Shown here piece after piece: positions 49,234 through 61,700 of a DNA stretch of 64,000 bases; position 1 is the stretch's first letter, and each line of letters opens with the position of its first letter. The stretch spans positions 372,001 through 436,000 of the forward strand of contig OY253669.1 in assembly GCA_958009085.1 (NCBI GenBank), in the 5' to 3' direction. The position numbers were made by a program, and so were the translations under genes. The notes beneath the pieces are model-generated. The model saw only the letters and a list, made by a program, of their open reading frames with translations, had not been told where the DNA came from and did not search any database. Source of the stretch: Protoeuglena noctilucae. Lineage: Eukaryota.

Positions 49234-50552
49234 CAGCCGGTGGTCATGTACCGAGAGAGGGCCCAAAGCTGTCTCGTGATGTCTCGTTCTCTTCGCAGGG
49301 TCCCCGTCCGGCCTATCCTGGACGAGGCTCTGGGCGGGGAGATGACCGAGGAGGCCCAGCTGCGGCTGGAACGGGGGCTGCAGGACCCCCAGTGGACTGC
49401 ACACGAGCAAGGTCCCTACGCCATGCAGCTCCTCAACGCGGTCCTGGAGCGCGCCATGAGACAGGGCAGGGGCCTGTCGGACGAGCTGGCGGCTGAGCTG
49501 GTGAAATGGACGCGGGACCTGGAGCAGCGGGCGGAGCCTGGGTGGAGGGGGTCGCCCGTGGCCACGATGCTGCGCCGCACCGTCACCTGGCAGCCGTCAG
49601 ACAGCCCAAGCGAGAAAACTCTGACTGTGCGGGTATCGACCGACATGCTGGCCGGCAACACGGGCTGCCATCTGTGGCCGGCAGGCCTGGCGCTGGCGCA
49701 GGTGGTGGAGGAGAACAGGGCGTGTTTCCAAAACCGCGTCTGTCTTTCCCTGGGCTGTGGCGTCGGGCTGGACGGCATGGTGTGCTTGGGGGTTGGCGCC
49801 CGAGCCGGTGAGTGGCGGGCGCAAGTGGCATCCTGGTTGGCACGCTGCCTGGACGGTGCACTGCTGAACGGCTCTGGTTCGCCCCGGCCCTCGCAGTGGT
49901 GTTTGCGGATGCCTCGTCCGAAGCCCTCGCCAACACCGAGTTAGGCCTGTCGCTGAACGGCGTGAACTTCACGCGCGTGGCGGACGCGGCCGAGTGGGTG
50001 CCCCAGGAAGGCGCGGCGGTATGGAAAGTCCGTTTTGAGGCAAGCAGAGCGGGCACGTGCCATGGTAGGCGGCCTTGGGCGTGTGGGGGCCACGGCAAGC
50101 GCCCAGCTGCCCCTCGCCCGCAGGACGTCGATGTGGAGCTGCCTGAGGGGGCGCAGCTGCTGGCGGCGGACGTGCTCTACGGGCCTGAGCTGGCAGACGC
50201 GGTCGCCGACATGCTGGAGCGCCTGGCTCGCCGCAACGCTGCCATGCGGGGCATCACCTGCTGGTTGGCGGCCGCTGTCCGGGACCCCGATATGTTTGGG
50301 CGGTTTGCTGCCCGCGTCGAGTCGAGGTGTGTGTAGTCCGCACCGCGCTGTTGCGGTACCAGGATAAGGCGTGGATTGGCACCCGCCCGTGGCTGCCTTC
50401 GCAGTCCTGTGCTGCAATCCCGGACCCTCAACGACGACGCCAGCCACGATCTCTTCCCTGGTACGGATGCCCTCTTCTCTGGTTTCACCGAGTCTCCCAT
50501 CAAGGTACTCGCAATTACATTCAAGGACCAGCAGGGGTCGGATGCTTCCTAA
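49174..50552 (+). CDS. Methyltransf_16 family protein-lysine methyltransferase (EEF2KMT/FAM86-like)
   Basis: GNTGCHLWPAGLAL, CLSLGCGVGLDG, VVFAD, LLAADVLY. Exon 1 MCSDVRFLLRLR lies in repeat copy 2. Confidence 0.85.
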
Positions 50553-51462
50553 CTCGTCGCCTCTGCAGCAACCGGCGTCTGGCTCGCCCGCCATTGCATC
50601 ACCTTGTGCCCCTTTGCCCACTCGAAGCCAAGCCGCCAATAGACGCGGCGCTCCTCTGGCCTGCACCTCGCCAAACGAGGACAATGTGTCAAATGCAACG
50701 CGACTAAGCACGGAGCAGCAATGGCAACATCGCCCGCCACCCTTGCCTCGCAAACACGACGAACGTCTCTGGACCCCTCTTGCCCCATCGCCTGCGCGAC
50801 TTCAACAGCCTGCGCACCAGCGCCTCCGATGCGACCTCGGCGTCCTCGGCTGCTTGCGAGTCCACCGTCACGTCCAGCACCAGCGCAGAAAACACCCCGT
50901 CTGCGAGAGCGACCGGTCTAGTGTCATCCAGCTGTGCCTCGCGTATGCCGGCGACGGAGCGCGCCAGGATTTCACCTGAAACGCAGCGCGCGAAGCCGAG
51001 CAACACGCCATCGACCTCGATGGCCGCGACCGCGTAGCTGTGGCGCAGAGCCACGGCCCATTTGCGCGGGTCGTGCATCGCCCCACTCGCGTCCTTCCCC
51101 GCACGAGCCATCAGCTCTGCCACTGCCTCCGCAGACACGCCATCGAGCCCCAGCCACCGAACTGCCCGGGCCGGGCCGCCCGCGCGTCGAATAAGGTCAG
51201 GAGCCCTCTTCAAGCCACAACGTATGCCGGAAGAGAGCAACCTGCCAGACGTCGAGGCGGCGCTCGCGGCGAATTCGCGCATGCGGGCCGGTGGAGCACG
51301 TGTGAAGTGTGCACTGCTGGCTCGACGAACAGCGGCAGGCTTGCAACGGAATGCGGCATCACCAGCGTTTTTGGACAAACGCATCACAACTGAGGATGTC
51401 GACATCAGGCGCCGGTGGGCAGCTGGGGGGTAACCCTGACCCATCAGGGAAGTCGTTTCCAT
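50549..51462 (-). CDS. GNAT acetyltransferase, plastid NSI/SNAT-like
   Basis: KWAVALRHSY, LLGFARCVS|DGVFSALVLDVTVD, FAR|PEERRVYWRLGF, and a transit-like N-terminus. Confidence 0.75.
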
Positions 51463-51630
51463 GGCACCCAGGTCGATGCTGCTCGTGATGCAGCACGAAG
51501 TGCAGCCTCCAGTCGCTCACCTCTACACCCCAGCTCGCATCTTAACCCAGTAGCGCCTTTCCTGCGAGCGTTTCCTGGTGGAGTTGTTACGCGCCGGCGA
51601 CCTGGCCCAGCACGCAGGTGCAGGAGATCC

Positions 51631-52641
51631 ATGGGCCCCGTGAAGCAGTGGGTTCCGCTGGAATCCAATCCGGAGGTGCTGAACGAGTACGCTTCGCAGC
51701 TGGGCCTCAACATTCAGGAGTTGGCGTTCTGCGACGTCTGGGGACTCGATGACGAGCTCCTCGATGCGGTTCCCAAGCCCGTGTGCGCGGTGCTGATGCT
51801 TTATCCCATCACAGGCGAGCGCGGTGGACGCAGGCGGGTCTCCAACCGTTCCCTGCGCACCCGTGACCATTTCGTGAGCCGCGGAGTCCCTCCGCGATAT
51901 CTTTGCAGAGAAGTCGGAGAAGGCCATGGAGGACGAGGAGAAGCGCCTTGCTCAGAGCGGCCAGGAGGTGTCGTCGCGCGTGTTCTACATGCGCCAGACC
52001 ATCAGCAACGCGTGCGGGACCATCGCGCTTCTCCACGCCGTGGGGAATAACATGGACAAGACGGCTGTCCTCGACGACAGCTTCTTTAAGGAGTTCTTCG
52101 GCCGCACGAAGGGCATGACGCCCGCGGAGATCGGCGCGTACTTGGAGAACCCGCCCGCAGACGGCCCAAACATCGAGGTGGCCCACTCGGCGGCTGCATC
52201 CCTGGGCCAGACGGCCCCGCCCCAGCCGGGAGAGGTCAACTTGCACTTCGTCACGTTCGTCACCGTCGACGGGAACCTCTACGGTGAGCTTGGCACCCCT
52301 CGTCTGCAACTGTCGCCGTGGCATGGACACCCGAGGAGCGACGGTGCCACTGCACTGCCTCTGCAGAGCTGGACGGGCGCAAGAAGTCGCCGGTGAACCA
52401 CGGCCCTTCGACGCCGGAGACTCTGCTGAACGATGCAGGCAAGGCCGCGGCTGCGTGGCGAATCTGTGAGAAGTGGGGAGTGCGACCAGCCATGCCATGC
52501 CGTAGAGCTCGCCCGCCCGCGGCATGGGTCATTCCGTTGCTCTTGTCCGCAGTCCGCGTGGTGAAGCGCTTCATCCAGGAGAGCAACAGCATCGAGTTCA
52601 ACCTCATGGCATTCACGAAGCCAGGCACGTGGAACGTTTGA
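51631..52641 (+). CDS. UCH3: Ubiquitin C-terminal hydrolase (UCHL3-like)
   Basis: WVPLESNPE, QTISNACGTIALLH, LHFVTF, YELDGRK. Two GC-AG introns (51815-51908, 52439-52552). Confidence 0.95.
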
Positions 52642-52698
52642 AACTGGCGGAGCGGCAGGGGGCGGGGGGGCGTGGGAGGCGCTATATCGCCAAACGCG

Positions 52699-55668
52699 TC
52701 ACTCGTCGCCTGGCATGAGCTCGCTGGGAGGCATTTTGGCCACCATCGACAGGAGCGGCGCAGAGCTCGAGTTCTCGACCACAATCACGTGGATGTCCTG
52801 CGGGGCAGGCCGGGACAAGACGAATGCGAAACCGGCTGCTGTTTGAAGAGGCGGAGGGCCGCTGCGAGGACGACACGGGCGGCACAACAGGCTGCCACCT
52901 GTCAAGCGCTTTGGGTGCCCACGCATGCACAGCCGGTCGCAGCAGGCATGCGCGAGCAAAGCACTGTCCCGCACCCCCGCTCACCTCCGGCGGCGCCGCG
53001 GGGACGAGCGCTTTGACGGAGAGCTCGAAGGTGTAGAGCGTGCTGGGGACGAGCAGCGGCACGGGCACGACGGGCGGGTCGACTTCGTACGTCTCCCGGC
53101 TGTAGTTGATCACCATGAGAAGGCCGCGCACGCACTTGTCGCCCGTGTTCTGGAGCTGCAGCGTGACGAGGAAGGTCGGACCCAGGCCCATCACGTTGGC
53201 ATTCATCCGGAGGCTCGCCCCCGAGCCGTAAGACACGGCGCCCTTGCCGTCGCTCAGCACTTTGATGAACGTGCGGGCCGCTGCGCGACACGAAAGGGTC
53301 AGCAGTCGTTTTGCCCCTCACAGCTGCACGCGCTGGCCGCGCTGGAGCCAAAGGTCGCGACGACCCCACACCTGCATGCGGATCATGCCAAGCAGGCTAT
53401 GCTCGTCTCACCCGTCAGTCGCATCTTGCACAGATCCCTCTGAAACAGCCGGTGCATGTCGATGGCCGCCTCCCGCTCCCTCTGCGGCAACAACCACGCG
53501 GCACGCTTTGAACGCCCCCCAGCGTTACCCGCAACGGGGCTCCCAGTCCGCGCCATCACACAGTGCCCTCACCTGCGTCAGCTCGACGAATATCTTGGTC
53601 TTCTTGGGGATCTCGAGCGGCTTGACGTTCTCCGCGGTCGTGTGCACGTGGCCGTTGGCCAGGGGGTTGTGGCGGGGAATGAACTTGATGTCGAGGCCCC
53701 CGTTCGCAAACACAGACACCAGGGTGCTGTCCTCTCGGCCGTAGCGGCCAAACGCCATGGCGACCACCGGGCCGGGCATCTCGACTGCGTGTGCACCACG
53801 GGCCGCCACAGAAGTGAGGCTTCTCTGGGCCCAGTCCCAGTGCAGCAATGATCATAGCACAGACAGCAGCAAGTGCTCGCATGTACCAGCCACTGTTGCA
53901 GCGCGCCCACTCGCCTTCCCCGACGAGGTCCGTCTTGCGGTAGACGCGGATGGTCTTATCGGCGCACGACGCGGCAATGCCAACCTCTGCCATGTGCCGC
54001 ACCAGCCCACCGCCGGGCATGATGGGGATTCCCGTGATGGCCAGGATGGGCGACCCCGTGTAAATGCTGTAGCGCTTGGTGCCCGTGAAGGTGTAACACG
54101 ATATAGACTCGTCCATGCAAGCCACGACGAAGCTGTCCCTGCGGTGGGGTATGGAGAGCCATGCATGTCCAGCCCAACGCCGCCGGCATCGCACAGCCCT
54201 GCCCCGCGATCCCCGCCACGCAGGCAGCAGGCCCGTCGCAAGGTGGAAGTGCGCCAGCGGCCGCTGCACGGCGCCGTTTGGGGCGCATGGCACACGCATT
54301 GCCGCCTGGGCACGGACCTCAGCACGACGAGGCCCACGGCGGGGGCGGGTAGGGGAATCTTGAGGGAGTTCTCGAGCTTGGGGCCCGTGAGGACGTGGGC
54401 ACGGCCGTTGCGGGAGACGAAGACGACGACGGGACCGGTGGAGAGGGACCCGGCGGACCCGATGAAGGCGGGAGCCACCCCGACAGACCGGTCAATGACG
54501 ACGTCCGCCCCCGTTTTCTCGAGCACCAGCACCCGGCCGTCCTCGGTCGCCACCACCAGGTTGGACTCGCCGGCGACGTCGGGCCGGTCGGACATGACAT
54601 CGGTCAGCGCCGCGACTGCGAAGGGAACAACGACGATGGCTTGCGACACTGCCCCTGTCGATGCGGCCGGTGCGCGATCGCGAGCTGGTCGCGGGGGTTA
54701 CCTGAGGCGCTGGGGAAGCGCAGTGGCAGGCCCGACGACTTCTCGATGTACTCCTGTTGCGCCGCCTCTCCTTCCAACGCCACCAGCTCTAGCGTCTTCT
54801 GTGTCACCCGCACTGCCGCCGCCAGCTCCCCCAGGGTCTTCACCCCATCTTGCAACGACACCTGGCCCGACTCCAGAGCCTCCCACGCTGCGGATAAGCA
54901 CAAAGGGGCCGGCCATCGTCACAACGACCTCCTTGCCGCGCCACCCTCGCCCCATGCCCCGCCCCCTCTTGCCCCCTCGCCTGACTTCTCCTCTTGGCTG
55001 ACGTCAGGCACGGGCACAGTGAAGCGGAAGAATGGCCGCATCCTCCGATAGATGTACACGTTGGGCCCGATGGCCACCGCCAGGTTCGGGAGACGCCGCC
55101 CGCCTATGGACGACATCCCCGGCTCGGACACCGAGAAGGTCGCAAGCGCTGCGGAGAGGAATGCGCCCTCGGTGAATGCCGGGCCCGGTTCCGGCGCAGG
55201 GAATGCCGCGCCGATTGAGCCAGGCATGGGCGCGCTCATGCAGCCTGGCTTAGCTGGGCGAAGCTACCCCGCACCGCGCTGCTGGACTATACGGTCGCTG
55301 TGGTGGCAACGCGCATTGAGTTGCTTGTCTGGAACGAGCGTGCCGCGTGCCTCACCTGATGGGACGTCGCTGAGCGGGTTCTCGGCCGCCATCATAGTCC
55401 CCCGAAACACCTTCAGCTTCCTCGACACCGTCGCGACGACAAGGCGGCTGTCATTGTCCCCATACAGGTCACACATCGTGAACATCGTGCTGTATGTGTC
55501 TGCACGGGGGAGACACGTCCGACCACCTCAACACGGCGGGCGATGTGCGCGCCCAGAGAGGCCCACTGGCGGATGGGAGCCAGCGAACGCACCTAAACCA
55601 GTCATGTTGTCTGAGAAGGCATCCAGGAAAAGCTTCTGCTTGCCCACGGCGTTGACAGTGTTCACCAT
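52699..55668 (-). CDS. BBS1: Bardet-Biedl syndrome 1 protein (BBSome core)
   Basis: DLYGDNDSRLVVA...KLKVFRGT, VYIYRRMRPFFRF, FGRYGREDSTL, IPKKTKIFVELTQ|RERE, MHRLFQRDL, GLGPTF. Confidence 0.93.
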
Positions 55669-56576
55669 CTTGCCCGCCTTCTGCCACCGCGCCGCTGGCG
55701 TGATGACGCCCCCGGGCACGACCCCTGCGATAAGTGACGCATATGTCAGCGTGTCGTGCTACTGCGTGCCTCGCTACGCGTCCCCAGCGAGCTCTCCGGC
55801 CGTGCATGTCAGCGCGTGTGCCTCCCCCGCGCGCCCACCTTGCGGGGTCGCCGCCACCTCCCCTTCTGCGCCCGCCATTGTCCACGCAACCGCGCGACCG
55901 GCGCACTAGGCAGCGACCGGGGCGCGGCCTCCCCTTCCGCACGTGGGGCTTGACCCTGACGACGATGCCTGGGCCAGCGCGCAAGCCATCCGAGGAGCAA
56001 GGCTAAGGCCTAGCTTCGATTAATCGACCGATACCAAGACAGGGGCCTTGTACGTCTTCCCTTTGCCAAAACAAGGAGTGAAAAGTGCAGAGCAGACACG
56101 GATGGCCTTTCTTGCAAGACGCAAAGCTGGTCTCGGGGGAGGATGACACGGTAATGTTGCAGGAGACGCCGGGGGCTTGGGACAGACGACCGTGGGCGGC
56201 ACGTCGTCAGAACTGTGGCGTGCGTTGCAAGTTCGGGGAATCACAGGGCCTTTGCGGCGCCGAAACCCTGGCAAGTCTGTACATGCCTGCGTGTCCGGTC
56301 GACGGCGCCTCGCGGTTGCGGGTCAAGCCGGCTGCGGCAAGCAAAGTTGTGTCGCGCCCTGCTCAGCGCGTTGGGAGCGCTTCTGGTCTTGAGCGTTTGT
56401 CGTACACTTATGGGATCCAAGAGCTGCCCTCCATGAGGGTCAGCGGTGGCGGGCCTGCCCCCACGGCGCGCTGAGCCCCCAGCGTGAGGTGCGGACGTTC
56501 CCAGCGCGCATTGGGTCTTTGCCGCTCGTCCGTAGCTTGACAACGAAATCGTTTGGTTCCAGCAGCAACGGGAGCC

Positions 56577-57039
56577 ATGGCGCAGGAGCGGAGGGTCACG
56601 TTTGCGCGTGGTCCCTTTGCGACCGAGGATGGCCACCCGCCGCACGAGGGGCTGACCGCACAGGCGAAGGAGCACTGGTACCCAAAGATCAACGCTTCGC
56701 CTGAGCCCATCACGGTGAGACTGGCGGCCGCTGCCTTTCGCCACAAGGCCTCGTCCTGGCCGCGTCCTTCGCACCGTCTTGCTGCGTCTTCCGCAGTCTC
56801 GACACATCACGTCCCTGGCCAAGTTTCTCGGCCTGCCCGAGTACCAGGCGACGATCGACAAGCTGAAGCGCTTTGTTGGCGACCTGCCACCGCTTCAGCG
56901 CCCTGACCCGGCAGCGTTGGCCAGCCAGGCCACGTCGCCCCCACCCACTCCCACCATGGACACTCCATTGGCGCGAGGGAAGCGGAAGCGGGAGGAGGCC
57001 GGTCCGGGCCGTGCAGCAACACCTTCTGATGGTGGTTGA
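56577..57039 (+). CDS. Small hypothetical protein with a possible NLS
   Basis: Two exons in phase (…PEPIT|SRHITSLAKFLGLPEY…); GKRKR near the C-terminus. Confidence 0.5.
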
Positions 57040-57322
57040 CGCCGCATTCAATGCCATGTGTGGCGCGTAGTCCGCTAGAGGCACGTCATGCTACGCTCCC
57101 TACGCTGCGCTGCAGGCGGGCAAGCGGCTCTGGCATGCGCCCACGTCAACCCGCCCGCTGGCAAGCGCTGCGAGAGGGCAAGAGACGGGGGCAGCAGCCA
57201 CGTGGCCACGTGAGACTCCCCAGGGCGTTTGCCCGACAGCACGCGGGGTCCGTGCAATGCGCCCTCGATGACTGCAATATCCTTCCCGTTCTTGCCCAGC
57301 GACATCCAGCTTGCTCAGCTCT

Positions 57323-58130
57323 TCACGTGGCCATCACCACGTCGTTTGCACCCGGCCCCGCTCGCTTGCTTTTTGGGCCGTTGTCCGGGGCCCCCATCCC
57401 AGCTGCCGCCTCCGCGTCCCGCTGGTTGTGCGGCCGATCGCCTAGCAGCTCCTTCACGCGCTTCTTATGCGGCTTGGTCTTCTCGTGCTTCACCAGGGTG
57501 TCATTGTCCACAAAGTACCTGAAAGTAGAACAAAGCCTTTCGTTAGGGTATCAAGCAAGCTGCACGACAGCCCCCGGCCCCCTGCACGGCGCGAAGGTCA
57601 CCGTGCACACGCCACGCAGTAGAACTTCCCCTCGCCGGGAACGTCCTCGTCCAACTCTGCCCTGCGACGAGGTCAGAACACGGCGACTCCGCCTCCTCCC
57701 CCACGCTCCGCGCGGCTGCGAGAGTACACCGAACCCCGAGTTCTCGCATGCATAGCGCACCTATCCGTCGTCCCCATGGGGCCGTATTTCCCAGCGACGA
57801 CGTTGTACTCCTTCCGAACGTCCTCCCAGACCTGATCGACGTGACGCGCCTCAAACGCCTTGCGCGCCCGGGTCTTGTGTATCACCGACCGCGACTTCTT
57901 CCCCGTCCCTACGCGTAACGAGCCACGGGCGGGGCAGTTGAGGAATGCGTCGCACGCACGGGACCCCTTTGCGCAGAGTGCTGCTGGAGGGCTCTGCCGA
58001 CGCGCGTGGCCATGGAATAAGCCGCAGCTTCGCGAGAGCCGTACACGACACCGCATCATTCGGCGGGGTACCTGAACAGCTCCACTCGCCCCTCACCTGA
58101 ACCGGTCCCACGCCGGCCTTTCTTCCCCAT
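57323..58130 (-). CDS. BUD20: Zinc finger protein ZNF593/Bud20 (60S biogenesis)
   Basis: [30 protein letters not shown]...[14 protein letters not shown]. Confidence 0.92.
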
Positions 58131-58753
58131 CCCGCCACAATCGCCGGGAGCGAGCCCGCGGCGGAGGCCCAGTCAGCTGCGGACGGTAACCTGGCTACCG
58201 CTCTAGCCGTCAAGTTCCTGGCAGGCGTGGCGTGTTGATGCGGCGCGGGGAAGCGTGCAAAGATGAGTGTGACCTAGGGCACGGGCGAGCAGGGCTTGGG
58301 GCGCAGGAGAAGGTGACCAGCGTATTTCGCGAGTCGCGAACTGCGTATCCGTGGCGCGCGGGCACTGAAGCAAGGCCCGACGCTGCGCCGCCAGGGAGTC
58401 CTGCGCCTGCAGCACAGCATGAGTGGACGCGTCTGCGATTGCACATCCGCTGGCGGCCACGGCAAAGACTTCCTCTCCATCATCTCCTGCCGTCCTCTAG
58501 CAAAGCGGTGGCCGTGGATTGCGGCGCGCCGAGGGACTTGGGTGCAGCCTAGTGGGCATTGCCGCGATCCTGCTTGAGGAGGACATTTAGCTGCAAGCTC
58601 GGACTGCGACGCCATGCAGTGACGCCCGTGTAGTTGCTGGGCGTGCTGTGCGGCCTCGGTTAGCGCCTCTGCATCGTCCGCACGCCATCGCTTGCCCCTC
58701 CGTGCGTAGAGAGGGGCACCGGCTGGATCTCTCCGCCTGTTTGTCTGGACAGG

Positions 58754-61700
58754 ATGACTCTACCGGGGGTGCCTCTGCCATGGGCGTTCGACGGCGGGCT
58801 GGGGCCGGATGGCGCTGAAAGGTGGGGCGTCGCTCAAGCGCGGGTGGCCGCCGTGATCCACCCCGGGGCGGGAAGAATTGCCCTCTGCGTCTGCGCTCGG
58901 AATCCCTAGTCAACGCGCTAGGCATCGCGTCAGGATCGCGGGCACGCGAGCCCCGCGTCGCATTCGATCAGTTGCAGGCTTCCCGGAGAGCTGCAGCCGA
59001 GCCCGAGCGCCCGCCCGGCGACGACGGTCGCTCAGGTGGCGCGTGGCGACCTTGAGCTGCGGCGGTACGCGGCGGCCAACGACGGGCTGGATCTCTACGA
59101 GCGCGTGAAGCACATTCGCGCCTCCCCGGCGTCTCCGCCGCTCTCCGCGGGCCCCTCGCAGCTGCGCCTGCTGCCCGGAGGCGTCCTTCCGCTGCCCCAA
59201 GCCGTAGCGGTGCGGTACCAGCAGGGAGCGCGGGCGTGCTTCTGCGGGCTTCTTCCAGAAATCCACCACGCTTGGGCCAGCATCGACTCGAGCCTCTTCC
59301 TTTGGCGCTACGACACGCGCGGCGCCGTGCCGGTGGAGTACGCTGCCGAACAACACCACATCTCGTGAGACGCCGCGCCCGCCCGCCGCAGCACGCTGTC
59401 TTGATGCTCCCAGGCCGCCGCAAGACGCCGCCTTGCCGTGCGCCCCCGCAGCGCCGTGGGTCTTGTCCGCCCCAAGCCGGGCGTCCTCGTCGCGTCTATC
59501 GAGCATCTGCTCGTCGTCTGCACGACCCGGGAGGTCGCTCTGCTGGGCGTCCACTGGCCGTCACGGTCAGGCAACATCGCGCTCAACCCCCTGCCTCTCT
59601 TCAGCGTCCCCACCGAGACGCCCGCCTGCTGCGTCGCATCCACGCCGTCCGGGCGCATCTTCCTGGGCAGCGCCGATGGCCTGGTGCACGAGGTGAGGCC
59701 TAGGCCGGCCACACGGCATGCTGTACCGGCGGCACTGCGGCAGAGGTGGTGCCTGGCGTCGTCTCATCATCAACAATCAAGACTGTACCGAGCGGCCTTC
59801 GCGAGACGCGGCCGGGTGCGCTTGCCGCCCTTGCATTGCCCGCTTCCATCTCTTGACAAGAGACCGTCGTTCTCGCACAGGTCAAGTATGGTGCGTCCGG
59901 ATGGCGCGCCCAGAGGTGCTTCCTGGTCCGCATTCCCCCGGGCCTGTCCAAGTGGGTCCCGAACGTGGTGCGGCAGGTCGTCCTGGGCGCTCTGCCGTTC
60001 CTGGCGGGTGCTCCCCGGGAGGTGGAGCAGCTGGTGGTGGACGAGGCAGGCACGACCCTGGTGGCACGCACGCGCACGGGCGTCGCCGTCTTCCACATCT
60101 CCGGCACCGACGGGGCCACGCGGTGAGCGAGAGCAGGCGCAGCGCAGGGCACCTGGTCTTCTCGGTTGCATGTTGTCGCGCGACGCTCCCCATTGCTCCC
60201 GCACTGCTTGAGCACATTTGCGTCCCTGTCGAGCCACCCTGTCTTATCTCACGTTCGCATCGTCTAATCTCACGTTCGCGGTTCGGCCTCTCCCACAGCG
60301 TCGGGGAGATGCCCGAGCTTGTCAAGCGGTGTCGGGAGGAGCGGTCTCTGCAAAAGGACCTCGGCTCTTCCCCGAGCGAAGAGCTGATCTACGCAGCTCC
60401 CATCCCGGACTACGAGACGGACCGCCTCGGCCTCCTGGTGGTCACCAAGGACGGCCTGCGGGTGCTTTTGTCCACATCCAAGCGCAGCGGGGCTCCCACC
60501 GACCTCCACCTGCGTGCCGTGCTGCCCCCGCTGCCCGCTGGGCCCCAGGGGGCGGCGGCGCGGCCCACGTGCGCCGCGGCGTACCAGCACGCGGCGCTCG
60601 CCGTGTGCACGGTCCCCGGAAACGGCGAGGCGGGGACGTGCGACGTGGCGGCCTCCTTCCAGCGACAGCAGCCGGTTACGGAGGCCCCGGGGAGCTTCGC
60701 GGTGCAAGGCATTCCTGGCACCACCGCCACCTCTGCCGCCCTGCCGCCCGGGGTGGTGCTCAAGCCGGGGGTTGTCACCCTCTCGACCCCGCGCAAGGTA
60801 CGTCCTCGTGCGCATGACTTGCCAGGCACATGGAACGGCGGCCACGGCATGCTCGGAGTCGAAACTCTGACGCCGATGTTTGCACTCTCCTGCTCACCCA
60901 TTCTGTCAAGCAGCTGCGCTAAGGCTGCATTGTTGCACGAATTGGCACCTCACCTGCACCTCGCCCCAGGCGCCACCATAGCGCAGCCCGCCCGCGCGTC
61001 CTCGCTCCCCGCAGGCCCCCGTGGAGCAGCTGGCGTTTTTGGCACATGACGGCCTCCCCGGGCAGGCGGTGGTGGCCGTGGGGGCCCCTCGAGACCCTGA
61101 GCTGGTGCAGGCGCTGCAAGGCGCCAAGCGTGAGGCCCAGGCGGCGCTCCTGGGGGAACTCGTCGCGCAGTTCGCCCTTCCCCGGCAGCGATTCGTGGTC
61201 ATGACCGACCAGGGCATCGCCCAGGTGCGCCACGCTGCTGTTAACGGGCTACAGAGCGCTACGGAGGGTCAGCCAAATTCGCGCCAGCTTGCGAGCAACT
61301 GTGGGCGATCCCTTCCATTCGGACTCGTTGTTGCTCCGCAGATCGAGCGGCGTTGGCCCGTGGATGTCCTGGAGGATATCCTGGCCCTTCCGCACCCGTC
61401 CCTTGAGGCGTCCTCGCCTTTGGGGCAGTTCCTCGAGGCTTACGGGGCGCAGGAGACCGCCGCGATGGCCTACTTCCTGCTCAGTCGAGGCACGGCGCCC
61501 GCGGGGGCGCAGCAGGCCGCCAGGGACCTCTTGCGGGCCCCGCAACTGACGCGCGTCGTGGCGCACGCGTCCAGCTCCGGTGCCGACGCCGCGGCCTCGG
61601 GGCCCCCGCCGCGCGCGCTGGTCTTCTCGCCGGCGCCCGGGGCCGCCCGCGCCGCCGCGGCGCGCCAGGGCAGCTTGATCCCGGGGCAGTCGCCGGGTTG

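Noticed and set aside
56020..56490. U3-like or C/D-box ncRNA (GACCGATAC...ACAGG, GGATGA...CTGA with a GGGGG/CCCCC stem) or RNase MRP (GGGGCTCA on minus)
   Set aside because: U3 box A and properly placed boxes B/C are missing, and there is no MRP CR-I partner. It cannot be supported without an Rfam/Infernal search.
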